A stretch of DNA of 64,000 bases from Deltaproteobacteria bacterium (GTDB lineage: Bacteria; Desulfobacterota; DSM-4660; Desulfatiglandales; HGW-15), in contig JAFDEF010000011.1 of the NCBI GenBank assembly GCA_019310485.1, forward strand, positions 6,919-70,918, given 5' to 3'. The notes beneath the pieces were generated by a model. The model had not been told where the DNA came from. It ran no database searches and saw nothing but the letters and a program-made list of their open reading frames with translations. Position 1 is the stretch's first letter. Each line of letters starts with the position of its first letter. Below are positions 38,923 to 48,048 of the stretch, piece after piece. The translations under genes were made by a program, and so were the position numbers.

Positions 38923-40089
38923 ATGATATCTGCTGAAGAGGTAAAGGAGTTATCAAGTCGGTGTGTGAAGTGCGGACTTTGTCTAGCTTCCTGCCCTGTT
39001 TACCAGGAAATTCTGACAGAAGAAGCTAGCCCTAGGGGAAGGGTGCAGCTGGCCAAACACATCTTTCACGGGCAGGAAGAAAAGAGTTCGGGTGTGTCAG
39101 AGAAACTGGCCGAAGCTTTTTATCTTTGCACTTCCTGTAATGCCTGCTCTGTGTCTTGCCCTTCGCAGATAAAACCTACCGAAGTTATCCAGGAGGGCAG
39201 GGAAGAAATCTTCGCAGCAGGCGGAGCTCCTGAGCCCGTAAAAGCTGTGAAGGAGAATATATTAAATACTGCAAATGTCTATGCTGCGAAAAAGGAAGAC
39301 CGTACCGCGGTCTACCCCGCTGCCTTGCGGGAGAGGATTGGCGCCAAAGGGCCAAGGAAGGCTGATACGGTGCTGTTTTTGGGATGTGTTGCAAGCTATC
39401 TGGATATGAAAATTGTGCCCAGCTTTATAAAGATTATGGATGCGGCCAAGGTTGACTATACCCTGTTTGCAGAAGAAGAACTTTGCTGTGGGCTCCCCCT
39501 GTATGTGATGGGAGATAAAGAAAATTTTAGGAAAAATGCGAAGGAAGTTATTGACATGATCAAGAAGACAGGTGCACGGGAGATTGTTACTCCGTGCGCC
39601 GGGTGTTACAAAACCTTCAGGAAGTACTATCCTGAAGTAGGAGACATGGGTGTTCAAATATACCATTCCGTTCACTATATCCTCAAGCTGATCGAGATGA
39701 AAGCTTTAGACTTTGATCTCAAGACGAATAAAAAGGTAACGTATCACGACCCCTGCGATCTTGGCCGCACCTTTGAAATATTCGATGAGCCCCGTGAAGT
39801 ATTGAAGGCTGTGTTGGAACACGAGCCACTTGAATTGGAGAGAAGTCGCTTGTTGGCTAGATGCTGCGGCGGAGGGGGGAGTGTAACGGCAGTGGGGCCA
39901 GAGCTGGCCGCCGAGATGGCAAAGACCAGGATAAAGGACGCAGAGGAAGTGGGTGCCGAGGTAATTGTTTCAGGGTGCTCCACATGTAAGGATAATTTAA
40001 GAAAGGGATTAAAACTTATCCCGAAAGCCGAGCGGCCTAAAATCAGAGTTAAGGATATTACGGAGATTGTGGCAGAGGCAATAACTTAG
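38923..40089 (+). CDS. GlcF-like Fe-S protein (2x[4Fe-4S] plus CCG domains)
   Basis: CVKCGLC...CP, CTSCNAC...CP, CCG, YHDPC, CCGGGG. Start trimmed to MISAEE. Confidence 0.88.
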   Translation: MISAEEVKELSSRCVKCGLCLASCPVYQEILTEEASPRGRVQLAKHIFHGQEEKSSGVSEKLAEAFYLCTSCNACSVSCPSQIKPTEVIQEGREEIFAAGGAPEPVKAVKENILNTANVYAAKKEDRTAVYPAALRERIGAKGPRKADTVLFLGCVASYLDMKIVPSFIKIMDAAKVDYTLFAEEELCCGLPLYVMGDKENFRKNAKEVIDMIKKTGAREIVTPCAGCYKTFRKYYPEVGDMGVQIYHSVHYILKLIEMKALDFDLKTNKKVTYHDPCDLGRTFEIFDEPREVLKAVLEHEPLELERSRLLARCCGGGGSVTAVGPELAAEMAKTRIKDAEEVGAEVIVSGCSTCKDNLRKGLKLIPKAERPKIRVKDITEIVAEAIT

Positions 40090-40121
40090 GAAATGTGCGG
40101 CTCTTGGAAGGAGGAAGTATC

Positions 40122-40433
40122 ATGGCACCGGACAAAGCGATCCTCGTAACAGTGATTCTTCATCATGACCAGTCTAAAACGCTTGATGAAATCATGGAAC
40201 ACGCAAAGACCACCGGGTTTTACCGGGATTTCCCACCAGAAGGCTCCGAGCTGGTGTCGTGGGTAGTTGCCATGTCTTACGGTTTCATCATTCAGTTACG
40301 GGTGGAGCCAGGAGCGCTTCGGAGCCTCAACCGCTTCATGGAGCAAAAGGCATGGGGTGCTTTCCGCTACGAGGTTTACCCTTCCTACGATTTCGCACCC
40401 ATAGCAGAAAACCTCAAGAAAGAACATTCTTAA
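40122..40433 (+). CDS. Small conserved-looking hypothetical protein (possible dimeric alpha+beta barrel)
   Basis: Strong GGAGG RBS and protein-like composition (FPPEG..LVSW...AWGAF..EVYPSYD). Confidence 0.7.
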   Translation: MAPDKAILVTVILHHDQSKTLDEIMEHAKTTGFYRDFPPEGSELVSWVVAMSYGFIIQLRVEPGALRSLNRFMEQKAWGAFRYEVYPSYDFAPIAENLKKEHS

Positions 40434-40493
40434 TTTTCAGGTCGGCCGCGGGTTTCGAGTGTGTTATGCAAACAATGGGATTTTTTTCAAAGC

Positions 40494-40976
40494 CTACTCT
40501 GGCACAATGAAGGGCCCCGTTTCTATCAGGTCTTTTTTCCAATCCGAGCCGAACGTCGCGTTGAAGAATTCTCCTAGGCGCTCAAACAACTGCTCCCATG
40601 CCTGTTTCTTGCTCTTGTCCATTACTTGCTCGAGAAAACCGCGGAGCTCACCGATTTTCTCTTTTGGGAAGAAGGCCTTTGCCCCCAGGTCAATTGATTT
40701 CTTTAGTGTTTCAACGGTAAAGGCGTTAGCCGTAAGCATAACCGCAGGTATATTATTTTCAGCACACAGCTTTAGAAGCTCAAGACCGTTTACTCCCATT
40801 ATATCAAGTATAGCCAGATCAGGAGTGTTCTTTTCAATATATTTTACCGCGTCTTCATAGCTTGTTTTGCCTACCACTTTGCAAATGTCCAGTTCGTCTC
40901 GCAAGGTCTCGATTACATCCGGCTCATCATCAACGGCCAGAACAACTTTGTCTTTCAGAGGGCTCTCTTTTACCAT
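40494..40976 (-). CDS. Single-domain response regulator
   Basis: VDDE, ILDIMGVNG, MLTA, PK; GGAGG RBS. Confidence 0.9.
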   Translation of the reverse strand: MVKESPLKDKVVLAVDDEPDVIETLRDELDICKVVGKTSYEDAVKYIEKNTPDLAILDIMGVNGLELLKLCAENNIPAVMLTANAFTVETLKKSIDLGAKAFFPKEKIGELRGFLEQVMDKSKKQAWEQLFERLGEFFNATFGSDWKKDLIETGPFIVPE

Positions 40977-41046
40977 GCCGACTTAACCTCCTTTTCATTT
41001 GGTTTGGTTCGCAAAAACGCCTTTAAGCCATTTTCGCGGATCAGGC

Positions 41047-41919
41047 TCAGACCTGGAGCAGGTCTGTGTGGCCTGCCACTTTAAGATGGGCCTCCAAGGA
41101 TCGAATGACAATCGGAATAAGGGCAGTTTCAGGGAGCCCCAGTGAGCTCAGTACTCGCGCCCCAAGGGTTGTCACATCAGAAGCAGGAAAATCCGCACTC
41201 TCTTTCAGGACGATGCTATGGATATTTTGGAAATAGTTCAAGCCTTCCTCCATCAAGGGATATATAGAGTCTCCAAGGTGAGGTTCGTCCCATGAGGCCA
41301 TGAGGACCTTCAATCCTTTCACTTTCTGTAATTTCCTGATGGAGGCAATTGAAGGCAACACCTCGTCGTAAATGGGAACACCACCTGCCATTGGAATTGC
41401 ATCTCCAGAAAAAAGCGCCATATCAGGCTCAAGCACGAAAGAGACAGATCCCTTTGAATGGCCGGGAGTATGAAAGACCTTCAGGGTCAATCCCTGCCCC
41501 AGATCAAGGGAATCGCCATCTCTTAGTTCTCTCTCAATGGCTACCGATCCTTCTACAAGCGAATAGAAGTTCAAGATTGGGCGTTCCCTGTACTGGCGGT
41601 CAATGTCTTCGATCCAGGCCGCAGCATCTTTATGTGCAGCCGTGTTGCACCCCGTTTCCTTTTTTATTGCCAGGGCCCCTCCGATATGGTCCGGATGAGA
41701 GTGTGTGAACAGGAGGGTATCTATATCTCCTGGGCTCCTGCCCGTTTCCTCTACATAATCAAATATGGCACGGTGGGACCCAGAAACACCGGAATCAATC
41801 AGGTAGATCTTTTCTCCATAAATGAGATAAGCATAAACAAACCGGCTGAGCGTTTTCTCGGGGCCTACCTGGAGGCTAAAAGGGATTTTCAATGCATGAA
41901 TGTGTTCAGTGACTTTCAT
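41047..41919 (-). CDS. Metallo-beta-lactamase fold hydrolase
   Basis: LIDSG, THSHPDHIGG, HTPGHS, SGD. Confidence 0.88.
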   Translation of the reverse strand: MKVTEHIHALKIPFSLQVGPEKTLSRFVYAYLIYGEKIYLIDSGVSGSHRAIFDYVEETGRSPGDIDTLLFTHSHPDHIGGALAIKKETGCNTAAHKDAAAWIEDIDRQYRERPILNFYSLVEGSVAIERELRDGDSLDLGQGLTLKVFHTPGHSKGSVSFVLEPDMALFSGDAIPMAGGVPIYDEVLPSIASIRKLQKVKGLKVLMASWDEPHLGDSIYPLMEEGLNYFQNIHSIVLKESADFPASDVTTLGARVLSSLGLPETALIPIVIRSLEAHLKVAGHTDLLQV

Positions 41920-41994
41920 TTACTTTCCTCCTCAAAAAAGCTATTTGGCTCTCCAACCTGCGCCCCTGGGCCTTAGGCCAAAGGCTTCAAGCTA

Positions 41995-43503
41995 TCAGCG
42001 ATAAGCCCTTCTTTTTGGCTTTAGGGCCGGAGCAAGAAATGGGCCTATAATTGAAATAGCCGACAAGATAATAAATATAAGACTTATTGGGTGTTTTACA
42101 AAAATAGAAGGATCCCCCTGGGAAATAATCAGGGACATCCTCAGATGTTTTTCCAGATTAGGCCCGAGTATTATAGCAAGAAGCATTGGTACCACAGGGA
42201 AGCCATACTTGTTCATGAAATATGCGAGAAGCCCGAAGCAAAACATTATACCTGTATCAAAAAAGGTGTTTCTTAGGGCATACGTACCTACAATGCAAAG
42301 TGTTGCTATTATGGGCAGAAGGATTTTTTCCGGCACTTTGAGCACAGAAACCCATATTTTTATAGTTGATAGCGATATCAAGAGGTTCATAATATTGGCA
42401 AAGAGAAATGCCCAGAAAACGCTGTAAACAAACTGTGGGGTCTGCTGAAAGAGCAATGGCCCGGGGACCAAGCCATGAATCATAAGTGCGCCCATAAGGA
42501 TGGCCGTGATTGGGTCTCCAGGGATTCCAAGTGTGAGCATGGGAATAAGGGCGCCTCCGGCTACCGCATTGTTTGCTGCTTCGGGGGCTGCAACTCCCTC
42601 CGGTTCGCCCTTGCCGAAATTCAGAGATTTCTTTGAAATCCGCCTGGCATAATCGTAACTGAGAAAGACTGCGATAGGACCTCCGGCCCCGGGAATAGCG
42701 CCCACCCCAGTTCCTACGAGCGCTCCCAAACTCATTGGCTTCAGCAGCTTCAAAATGTCCCTAATTCTTGGGAGAACGCCGGATATCTTGTCCCTGTATT
42801 GGGGAATCACCCTGGTCTTGCCTGCTATGCCGACCAGAACCTGTGGTATTGCAAAAAGACCGATCATGGCGGGCAAAAAGGAAATACCCGCCTGGAGTTC
42901 CACAACACCAAAAGTGAACCTGGGGGTTCCCATCATGGGATCCAGGCCAACGGTCATAATAATAAGTCCAAGAATACCGGAGATCAACGCCTTCACCATC
43001 GAGGTCTGGCCAAAACTGCAAATAAGGGTTATACCGAGCAGAACAAGGGCAAAAAGTTCGGGAGCCCCGAATCTAAGCGCAGCCTTGGCTATTAAAGGAG
43101 AAGCGAGAGCAAGACAGACCAGCCCGAACATCCCTCCAAAAAAAGAGGAGGTCACAGCAGTGCCTAGTGCTCTTCCTCCTATTCCTTTCTTCGTCATTTC
43201 ATGTCCGTCAATTGCGGTTGCCGATGCGGAAGGCGTCCCTGGAATATTGAGAAGTATTGCAGAAAAGGATCCTCCGGTCATGCCGGAAGCAAAAAGGCCC
43301 AACAACAGGCATATCGATGTTACCGGAGGTAGGTTAAAGGTTATGGGCAAAAGAAGGACCATTCCCAGGGATATAGTGAGGCCGGGGGTCGAGCCAATAA
43401 AGAGCCCAAATACGACTCCTACCATAATTGCAAAAAGGTTCTGGATGTGAAGCACCTCAAAAAGTGCTGCAAGGGCCATTGAATGCATAAAGTACCCTGT
43501 CAA
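41995..43503 (-). CDS. Tripartite tricarboxylate transporter large permease, TctA family
   Basis: GSTPGL, NIPGTPS, PEAANNA, LTLGIPG. Start could be at 43488 or 43479. Confidence 0.92.
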   Translation of the reverse strand: MTGYFMHSMALAALFEVLHIQNLFAIMVGVVFGLFIGSTPGLTISLGMVLLLPITFNLPPVTSICLLLGLFASGMTGGSFSAILLNIPGTPSASATAIDGHEMTKKGIGGRALGTAVTSSFFGGMFGLVCLALASPLIAKAALRFGAPELFALVLLGITLICSFGQTSMVKALISGILGLIIMTVGLDPMMGTPRFTFGVVELQAGISFLPAMIGLFAIPQVLVGIAGKTRVIPQYRDKISGVLPRIRDILKLLKPMSLGALVGTGVGAIPGAGGPIAVFLSYDYARRISKKSLNFGKGEPEGVAAPEAANNAVAGGALIPMLTLGIPGDPITAILMGALMIHGLVPGPLLFQQTPQFVYSVFWAFLFANIMNLLISLSTIKIWVSVLKVPEKILLPIIATLCIVGTYALRNTFFDTGIMFCFGLLAYFMNKYGFPVVPMLLAIILGPNLEKHLRMSLIISQGDPSIFVKHPISLIFIILSAISIIGPFLAPALKPKRRAYR

Positions 43504-43959
43504 TCAAAAAATCAGGCCGCCGGGGAGTTGGACCTGAAAAACTTTTTGGAAAAAGAAATAAATGCCGACAGTGGCGAGGACTGAAACCGCCACAATGCCT
43601 TTCCACTTCCGTGCGCCGGAGGACAACATCAAGACAGCAATAAAGAGCGGCGTTGTCATAAGAAACCCGGCATAGCTCATTACCCTGACGTAAAGATAGA
43701 CGAGGAGGGTGAGAAAAATGACTCCTCCCACTTCTCTGACCGTGATTCCCTGCCCTTGTTTTGGCTTGGATTTGGTAAAAACACTCTTCAGGAGAAGAAT
43801 GAGGGAAAGGGAAAACAGGATGATAAATAGCGTCCAGGGCATGAAATCTATTCCCAGCGTATTGGGGAGATTTCTCTGAGGCAGCCTTGCTGTGAGAAAG
43901 GCAAAGAAAGAGCAGAAAGCAATAAGTATGGCAGAGATTATAATATTTGCCTTTTTCAT
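43504..43959 (-). CDS. Tripartite tricarboxylate transporter small permease, TctB family
   Basis: Four hydrophobic segments ending VQLPGG, between TctC and TctA. Confidence 0.85.
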   Translation of the reverse strand: MKKANIIISAILIAFCSFFAFLTARLPQRNLPNTLGIDFMPWTLFIILFSLSLILLLKSVFTKSKPKQGQGITVREVGGVIFLTLLVYLYVRVMSYAGFLMTTPLFIAVLMLSSGARKWKGIVAVSVLATVGIYFFFQKVFQVQLPGGLIF

Positions 43960-43979
43960 TGGAGAACCTGGAAATAGGG

Positions 43980-44007
43980 AAGGGCTGAAAAACCATTTTC
44001 AGCCCTT
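43980..44007. other. Intergenic stem-loop between tctC-like and tctB-like genes
   Basis: Perfect 12-bp inverted repeat AAGGGCTGAAAA-ACCA-TTTTCAGCCCTT. Confidence 0.6.
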
Positions 44008-44030
44008 ATTTTCTTTAGTATTTCCCTGGC

Positions 44031-44990
44031 TTATTTGACAAGCCCTCCCAGTCTCATAGCTTTTGCTATGCTTGCATCCTGAACCTTCAGGTAAGCTTCA
44101 AATTCCTTTCTTCCCATGTAACTGACCTTGAAGCCTTTTTGTTTGGCAATCTTTTGAAATTCCGGGCTCTCCGCACCTTTCCTGAAGGCTTCTGCAAGTA
44201 TGTTTATGATGCTCACAGGCGTGCCTTTTGGAACGCTGATACCCCTGAAAAGCTCCATCACTATTGGGTACCCCATTTCCTTCAGGGTTGGGATATTCGG
44301 GTATGCAGGATCCTTTTTTGCGGTTGTCATAATAATAATTCTCGCCTGTCCTGCCTGAACTTGCGGGGCAATTTCAGGGATAGGAACACAAATAGCCTCT
44401 ACCTCTCCTCCAAGCAAACTCGGTACACGGCGTTTACCCCCAAGCGGCACATGAATTACTTTGATTCCAAATTCCTTTTCAATTAGCACTGCGGTTAGAT
44501 GTGTGCCGCTTCCCGTTCCCGCATTTCCAATCTTTATTTTCCCGGGGTTTTTCTTGGCATACGAGATGAACTGCTCAAATGTTTTCCAGGGAGCATCTGC
44601 TCGAACGGCAATCGGCATACCTGTATATCCGATCCTGCATACGTGGTCAAAAGCAGTGTACTTGAAAGGCACATTGCCTATATTGGTGGAGGTGAGAATG
44701 GATAGAGAGTTCCACCCAACGGTGTACCCGTCACGACGAGATGCCTTAAGGGCGCTATACATAATGCCGCCCCCTGCGCCCGGCCTGTTCACGGCAACTA
44801 TGGGCTGGCCGAGATAGGGCTTCGTCCCTGCTGCAAGTGCTCTTCCCATGAGGTCGGCAGCTCCACCTGCACCAAAAGGAATCAGGAACTTTATTGGTTT
44901 TTTAGGGTAATCTGCAGCCGACGCCATGCCAAGGGCAATGGTAAGACTCAAAAAGATAGCCACCAGAAAAAATAATTTCTTGCTCTTCAT
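44031..44990 (-). CDS. Tripartite tricarboxylate transporter substrate-binding protein, TctC/Bug family
   Basis: Signal peptide, YPKKPI..IPFGAGGAAD, NRPGAGG, DGYT, PTLKE. Confidence 0.92.
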   Translation of the reverse strand: MKSKKLFFLVAIFLSLTIALGMASAADYPKKPIKFLIPFGAGGAADLMGRALAAGTKPYLGQPIVAVNRPGAGGGIMYSALKASRRDGYTVGWNSLSILTSTNIGNVPFKYTAFDHVCRIGYTGMPIAVRADAPWKTFEQFISYAKKNPGKIKIGNAGTGSGTHLTAVLIEKEFGIKVIHVPLGGKRRVPSLLGGEVEAICVPIPEIAPQVQAGQARIIIMTTAKKDPAYPNIPTLKEMGYPIVMELFRGISVPKGTPVSIINILAEAFRKGAESPEFQKIAKQKGFKVSYMGRKEFEAYLKVQDASIAKAMRLGGLVK

Positions 44991-45081
44991 GATACCTCCT
45001 TTTCGCTTTAGTTACGGGTGAAAAAATAAGTGAGTCTCCACAAACCCATACCAGACCTTACTTACTCCGCGGGGAATCAGT

Positions 45082-46149
45082 TCAGGGATGCACGACAACC
45101 TTTAGTGCATTATCCTTTCGTTCCATGAAAGTTGTGAGCGCTTCATTGATATTTTCCAGAGGAAAAGTGTGGGTGATGAGACTTTTGCCTTCAATTTTAC
45201 CCTCGGCCATCAACGAAATAGCCCTGTGTACGCTCATACGGCCTTCCCCCCTAACAGTGAATATATTAATTCCGTTCTTGACGGCAAGGCCTATATCGAT
45301 AGTCACAGGATCGTCGAAGTGAGCAAGTAACACGATCTCTCCACCCCTTCGAGTCATTTCAAGTGCCTGCTGAAGACTCTCTTCCATGCCTGCTGCCACC
45401 AGTACCAGGTCGGCGCCGATGCCAGAGGTAAGTTCCCTTACTATTTCAACGGGGTTTTCCCTGTTAACATTGACCACGTTATCCGCGCCCAGTTTTTTCC
45501 CCAGCTCGAGCCTGTCGTCCCTGGTTCCGTTCAAGATCACCCTTCCTGCACCCAATGCTTTACAGCACTGAACAGCCATCAGCCCAATAGACCCAGGACC
45601 AAGAATGGCTACCGCCTCACCCGAGATATAGCCGCCTGCCATGTCTATCCCGTAGAGTGAAGTACCGGCCGTTGTCGCCAGTGTTGCTTCCTCAAAAGAA
45701 ATGTTATCAGGGAGTTTGCATAGGGTATTTACATGATTAACAGCATACTCAGCGAAACCTCCATTTGTTGTGAAACCATTCGCCCGATGGCCTTTTTCAA
45801 AGTTACCGTAGTTAAGGCAGGCAGTGTATTTTCCCATAATGCAGTTCTTGCAACGCCCGCAACCCTTGTGAACTTCCACAACCACTCTGTCTCCCGGCTT
45901 GAACTCGTCAATTCCTTCTCCAACCGCTGCTATTGTACCGGAATATTCATGTCCTATGATAAATTCTTCAAAAGGCGGCTGTTTTGGCATCCCTCTTTTT
46001 ATTATTTTGATATCCCCACCGCAGACTCCGCACGCAGCAATTTTTACAAGAGCCTCGTCACGCCCCGGAAGGGGTACTTTGCGCTCAACAACCCTGACAT
46101 CGTTAAAGCCATAAAGGACCGCGGCCTTCATTTTTTCCGGTATTTTCAT
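45082..46149 (-). CDS. Zinc-dependent (MDR) alcohol dehydrogenase, paralogue B
   Basis: CGGD, GHE, YTACLNYG...HRANGFTTNGGFAEY, GPGSIG. Confidence 0.9.
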   Translation of the reverse strand: MKIPEKMKAAVLYGFNDVRVVERKVPLPGRDEALVKIAACGVCGGDIKIIKRGMPKQPPFEEFIIGHEYSGTIAAVGEGIDEFKPGDRVVVEVHKGCGRCKNCIMGKYTACLNYGNFEKGHRANGFTTNGGFAEYAVNHVNTLCKLPDNISFEEATLATTAGTSLYGIDMAGGYISGEAVAILGPGSIGLMAVQCCKALGAGRVILNGTRDDRLELGKKLGADNVVNVNRENPVEIVRELTSGIGADLVLVAAGMEESLQQALEMTRRGGEIVLLAHFDDPVTIDIGLAVKNGINIFTVRGEGRMSVHRAISLMAEGKIEGKSLITHTFPLENINEALTTFMERKDNALKVVVHP

Positions 46150-46328
46150 GAAGTTTACCCCTGGTGTTCCTTGCCCGTGTTCTCAAAGGTAAAACTTGAC
46201 CCCAGCCAAAGCCAGTATCTAGAATCAAGGGGCATAAATGTCTGCTCCGCTTGCGTAGACTTCACCAAAGCAATCGCTCCTCTCTCGAGCGATCAATCAC
46301 AGGCTTGGCTTCAGGGAGGGTATTCCCG

Positions 46329-46739
46329 CTACGTACTGCCCCCATCAGCTCGGTTCAATAATATATCAATTGCCGGATGGTTTTGTATGTTTTTCTTAAC
46401 TACACACACATCGGCTGCCGATTTGATGGCATTTAGATATTTTTCAGGAAAATCCTTTGCCACTTCAATATCTACGACAATTCTTCCAATCAGTCCGGAT
46501 GTCCGGTCATTTTCGGATCTAACTCTTAACTTGACTTTGTTTCTTGGTATGTCGTGTTTTTCACAGAAGAACTGGATGTAGAAGCCCGCACATGTTCCGA
46601 TAGAGGCGAGAAGGAGTGCAGTTGGGGAGGGCTCCGTACCTTCTCCCCCGGCGGTCTTTGGTGCATCAGTTGGAATCGTGAACCCGTTGTAAAGGGCGTT
46701 TACTTTCTTGCCCCCTAATACTTCTATCTCTAGTTCCAT
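46329..46739 (-). CDS. OsmC family protein
   Basis: TDAP..GGEG..PSP..LLLASIGTC...C.V. Confidence 0.88.
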   Translation of the reverse strand: MELEIEVLGGKKVNALYNGFTIPTDAPKTAGGEGTEPSPTALLLASIGTCAGFYIQFFCEKHDIPRNKVKLRVRSENDRTSGLIGRIVVDIEVAKDFPEKYLNAIKSAADVCVVKKNIQNHPAIDILLNRADGGST

Positions 46740-46821
46740 AACTAACCTTGAAATTGATCAGGATTCTCGTGTCGTATAGATCGCAGCGATAACCATGGTG
46801 ATCGCATTTTTCTTTTCGGGC

Positions 46822-47196
46822 TTAGAGGTTCTTCTCAGGGCCAGGAGGAGAGTAAATTATTATGTAGGTGAAGTCTTCCAAAGGGTCTGCCCAGACATAG
46901 TGCATTTCGCCGGGCGGGACATAGACCGTGTCACCTGGCTTCAGATTGTAAGGCTTTTCATTAATTGAAATCCCACCTGTTCCTGAAAGAACATGCATGC
47001 AATGCTCTTCCTCGTGACTGTGCCCGAGGCCTGTCTGGTTACAGTTAAGGCCTGCCTTCATGGTGTTCACAAGGAATGAGAACCGTGTTATTCCGCAGCT
47101 TTCCTCATCAAGGACTATTTTGCATCTAACTGAACCGCCGTGGGTAATCTTTTCTGCCACTTCATCAATCGGAAAAACATATTTTTTTTCAGCCAT
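46822..47196 (-). CDS. Cupin domain protein
   Basis: GHSHEEEHCMHVLSG...PGDTVYVPPGEMH...YSPPGPE. Confidence 0.88.
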   Translation of the reverse strand: MAEKKYVFPIDEVAEKITHGGSVRCKIVLDEESCGITRFSFLVNTMKAGLNCNQTGLGHSHEEEHCMHVLSGTGGISINEKPYNLKPGDTVYVPPGEMHYVWADPLEDFTYIIIYSPPGPEKNL

Positions 47197-47375
47197 GATT
47201 TCTTTTCCTCCTAAAATGGTTGATTAATTCGACCCTTTCAACCTCTCAGGCTCAAGGCCTCTATTTTCCAAGGGCAAGGGAGATTACTGAAATTTCTTGC
47301 GCCCCAGGGATAAAATACCCCGCCAGCAAAGCTGCCGTCTTGAAAGTTCCACCCGCAAGCAGGTGTCGTGATTGG

Positions 47376-47744
47376 CTATTCCTTCACTTCAATAAAATCA
47401 GCACCAACGGGGGGGCACGTGAAGAATTCTATGTAGCGAAACTCTTCGTTTGAACGGTTAATGGTTCCGTGTTTTTCACCTGGCTGTATACATATCACAT
47501 CACCGGGCCTTAGTGTTATTTCTTTGCCTTCAACTGTTTCAATAGCCTCGCCGCTGATCGGAATAATCACCGATTCCCTGTCCTGGTGGTAGTGATACGG
47601 GACCTCTTTTCCAGGAACCAGCACGGCGAAGAGTCCACCAAGATCCTTGAACCCATCTTCCTTTTTCAGGACCTCAACCCGGTAGAACTCCTGGGGATTG
47701 GGGTTTTCGAAGCTGAGAAATTCTTCTGTTTTTAGGAGCTTCAT
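47376..47744 (-). CDS. Cupin domain protein
   Basis: PYHYHQDRES...PGDVICIQPGEKH. Confidence 0.88.
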   Translation of the reverse strand: MKLLKTEEFLSFENPNPQEFYRVEVLKKEDGFKDLGGLFAVLVPGKEVPYHYHQDRESVIIPISGEAIETVEGKEITLRPGDVICIQPGEKHGTINRSNEEFRYIEFFTCPPVGADFIEVKE

Positions 47745-47824
47745 GGTATGTCCTCGCTTCCTGAGTTGGGGGGCGGCCTCCAGCAGGCGGTCAAAAGTAA
47801 TTCAAACTTCCCAATTTCCTAGAA

Positions 47825-47927
47825 TGCTCAAATGAGCAAATCTGCACAATTGTAGTAAATAGGCTCAGAAATAGTGTTTTGTCAAGAAAAAATGGAACGG
47901 GTTGCTCTCAAATTGAAAGTGTTGACA
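47825..47927. promoter_or_regulatory. Divergent promoter region with tandem operator, site 4
   Basis: TGCTCAAATGAGCA (47825-47838) and TGCACAATTGTAGT (47843-47856); minus-strand TTGACA at 47880-47885 and plus-strand TTGACA at 47922-47927. Confidence 0.7.
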
Positions 47928-48048
47928 GATAATCTGTCCCATTACAGAAAATGCCTTGGTGGCAGATGTTGGAAAGAAAGGTATGGCTTGAACCATTTAG
48001 AGAGGCGTGCTATTTCCTGCTCAATATCTCTTATAAGGAGAATCGTTC

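Noticed and set aside
45733-46581. Long opposite-strand ORFs (282 aa here; also 5991-6752, 42755-43450, 12119-12790, 61651-62343)
   Set aside because: Antisense shadows of well-supported genes, with no recognisable motifs
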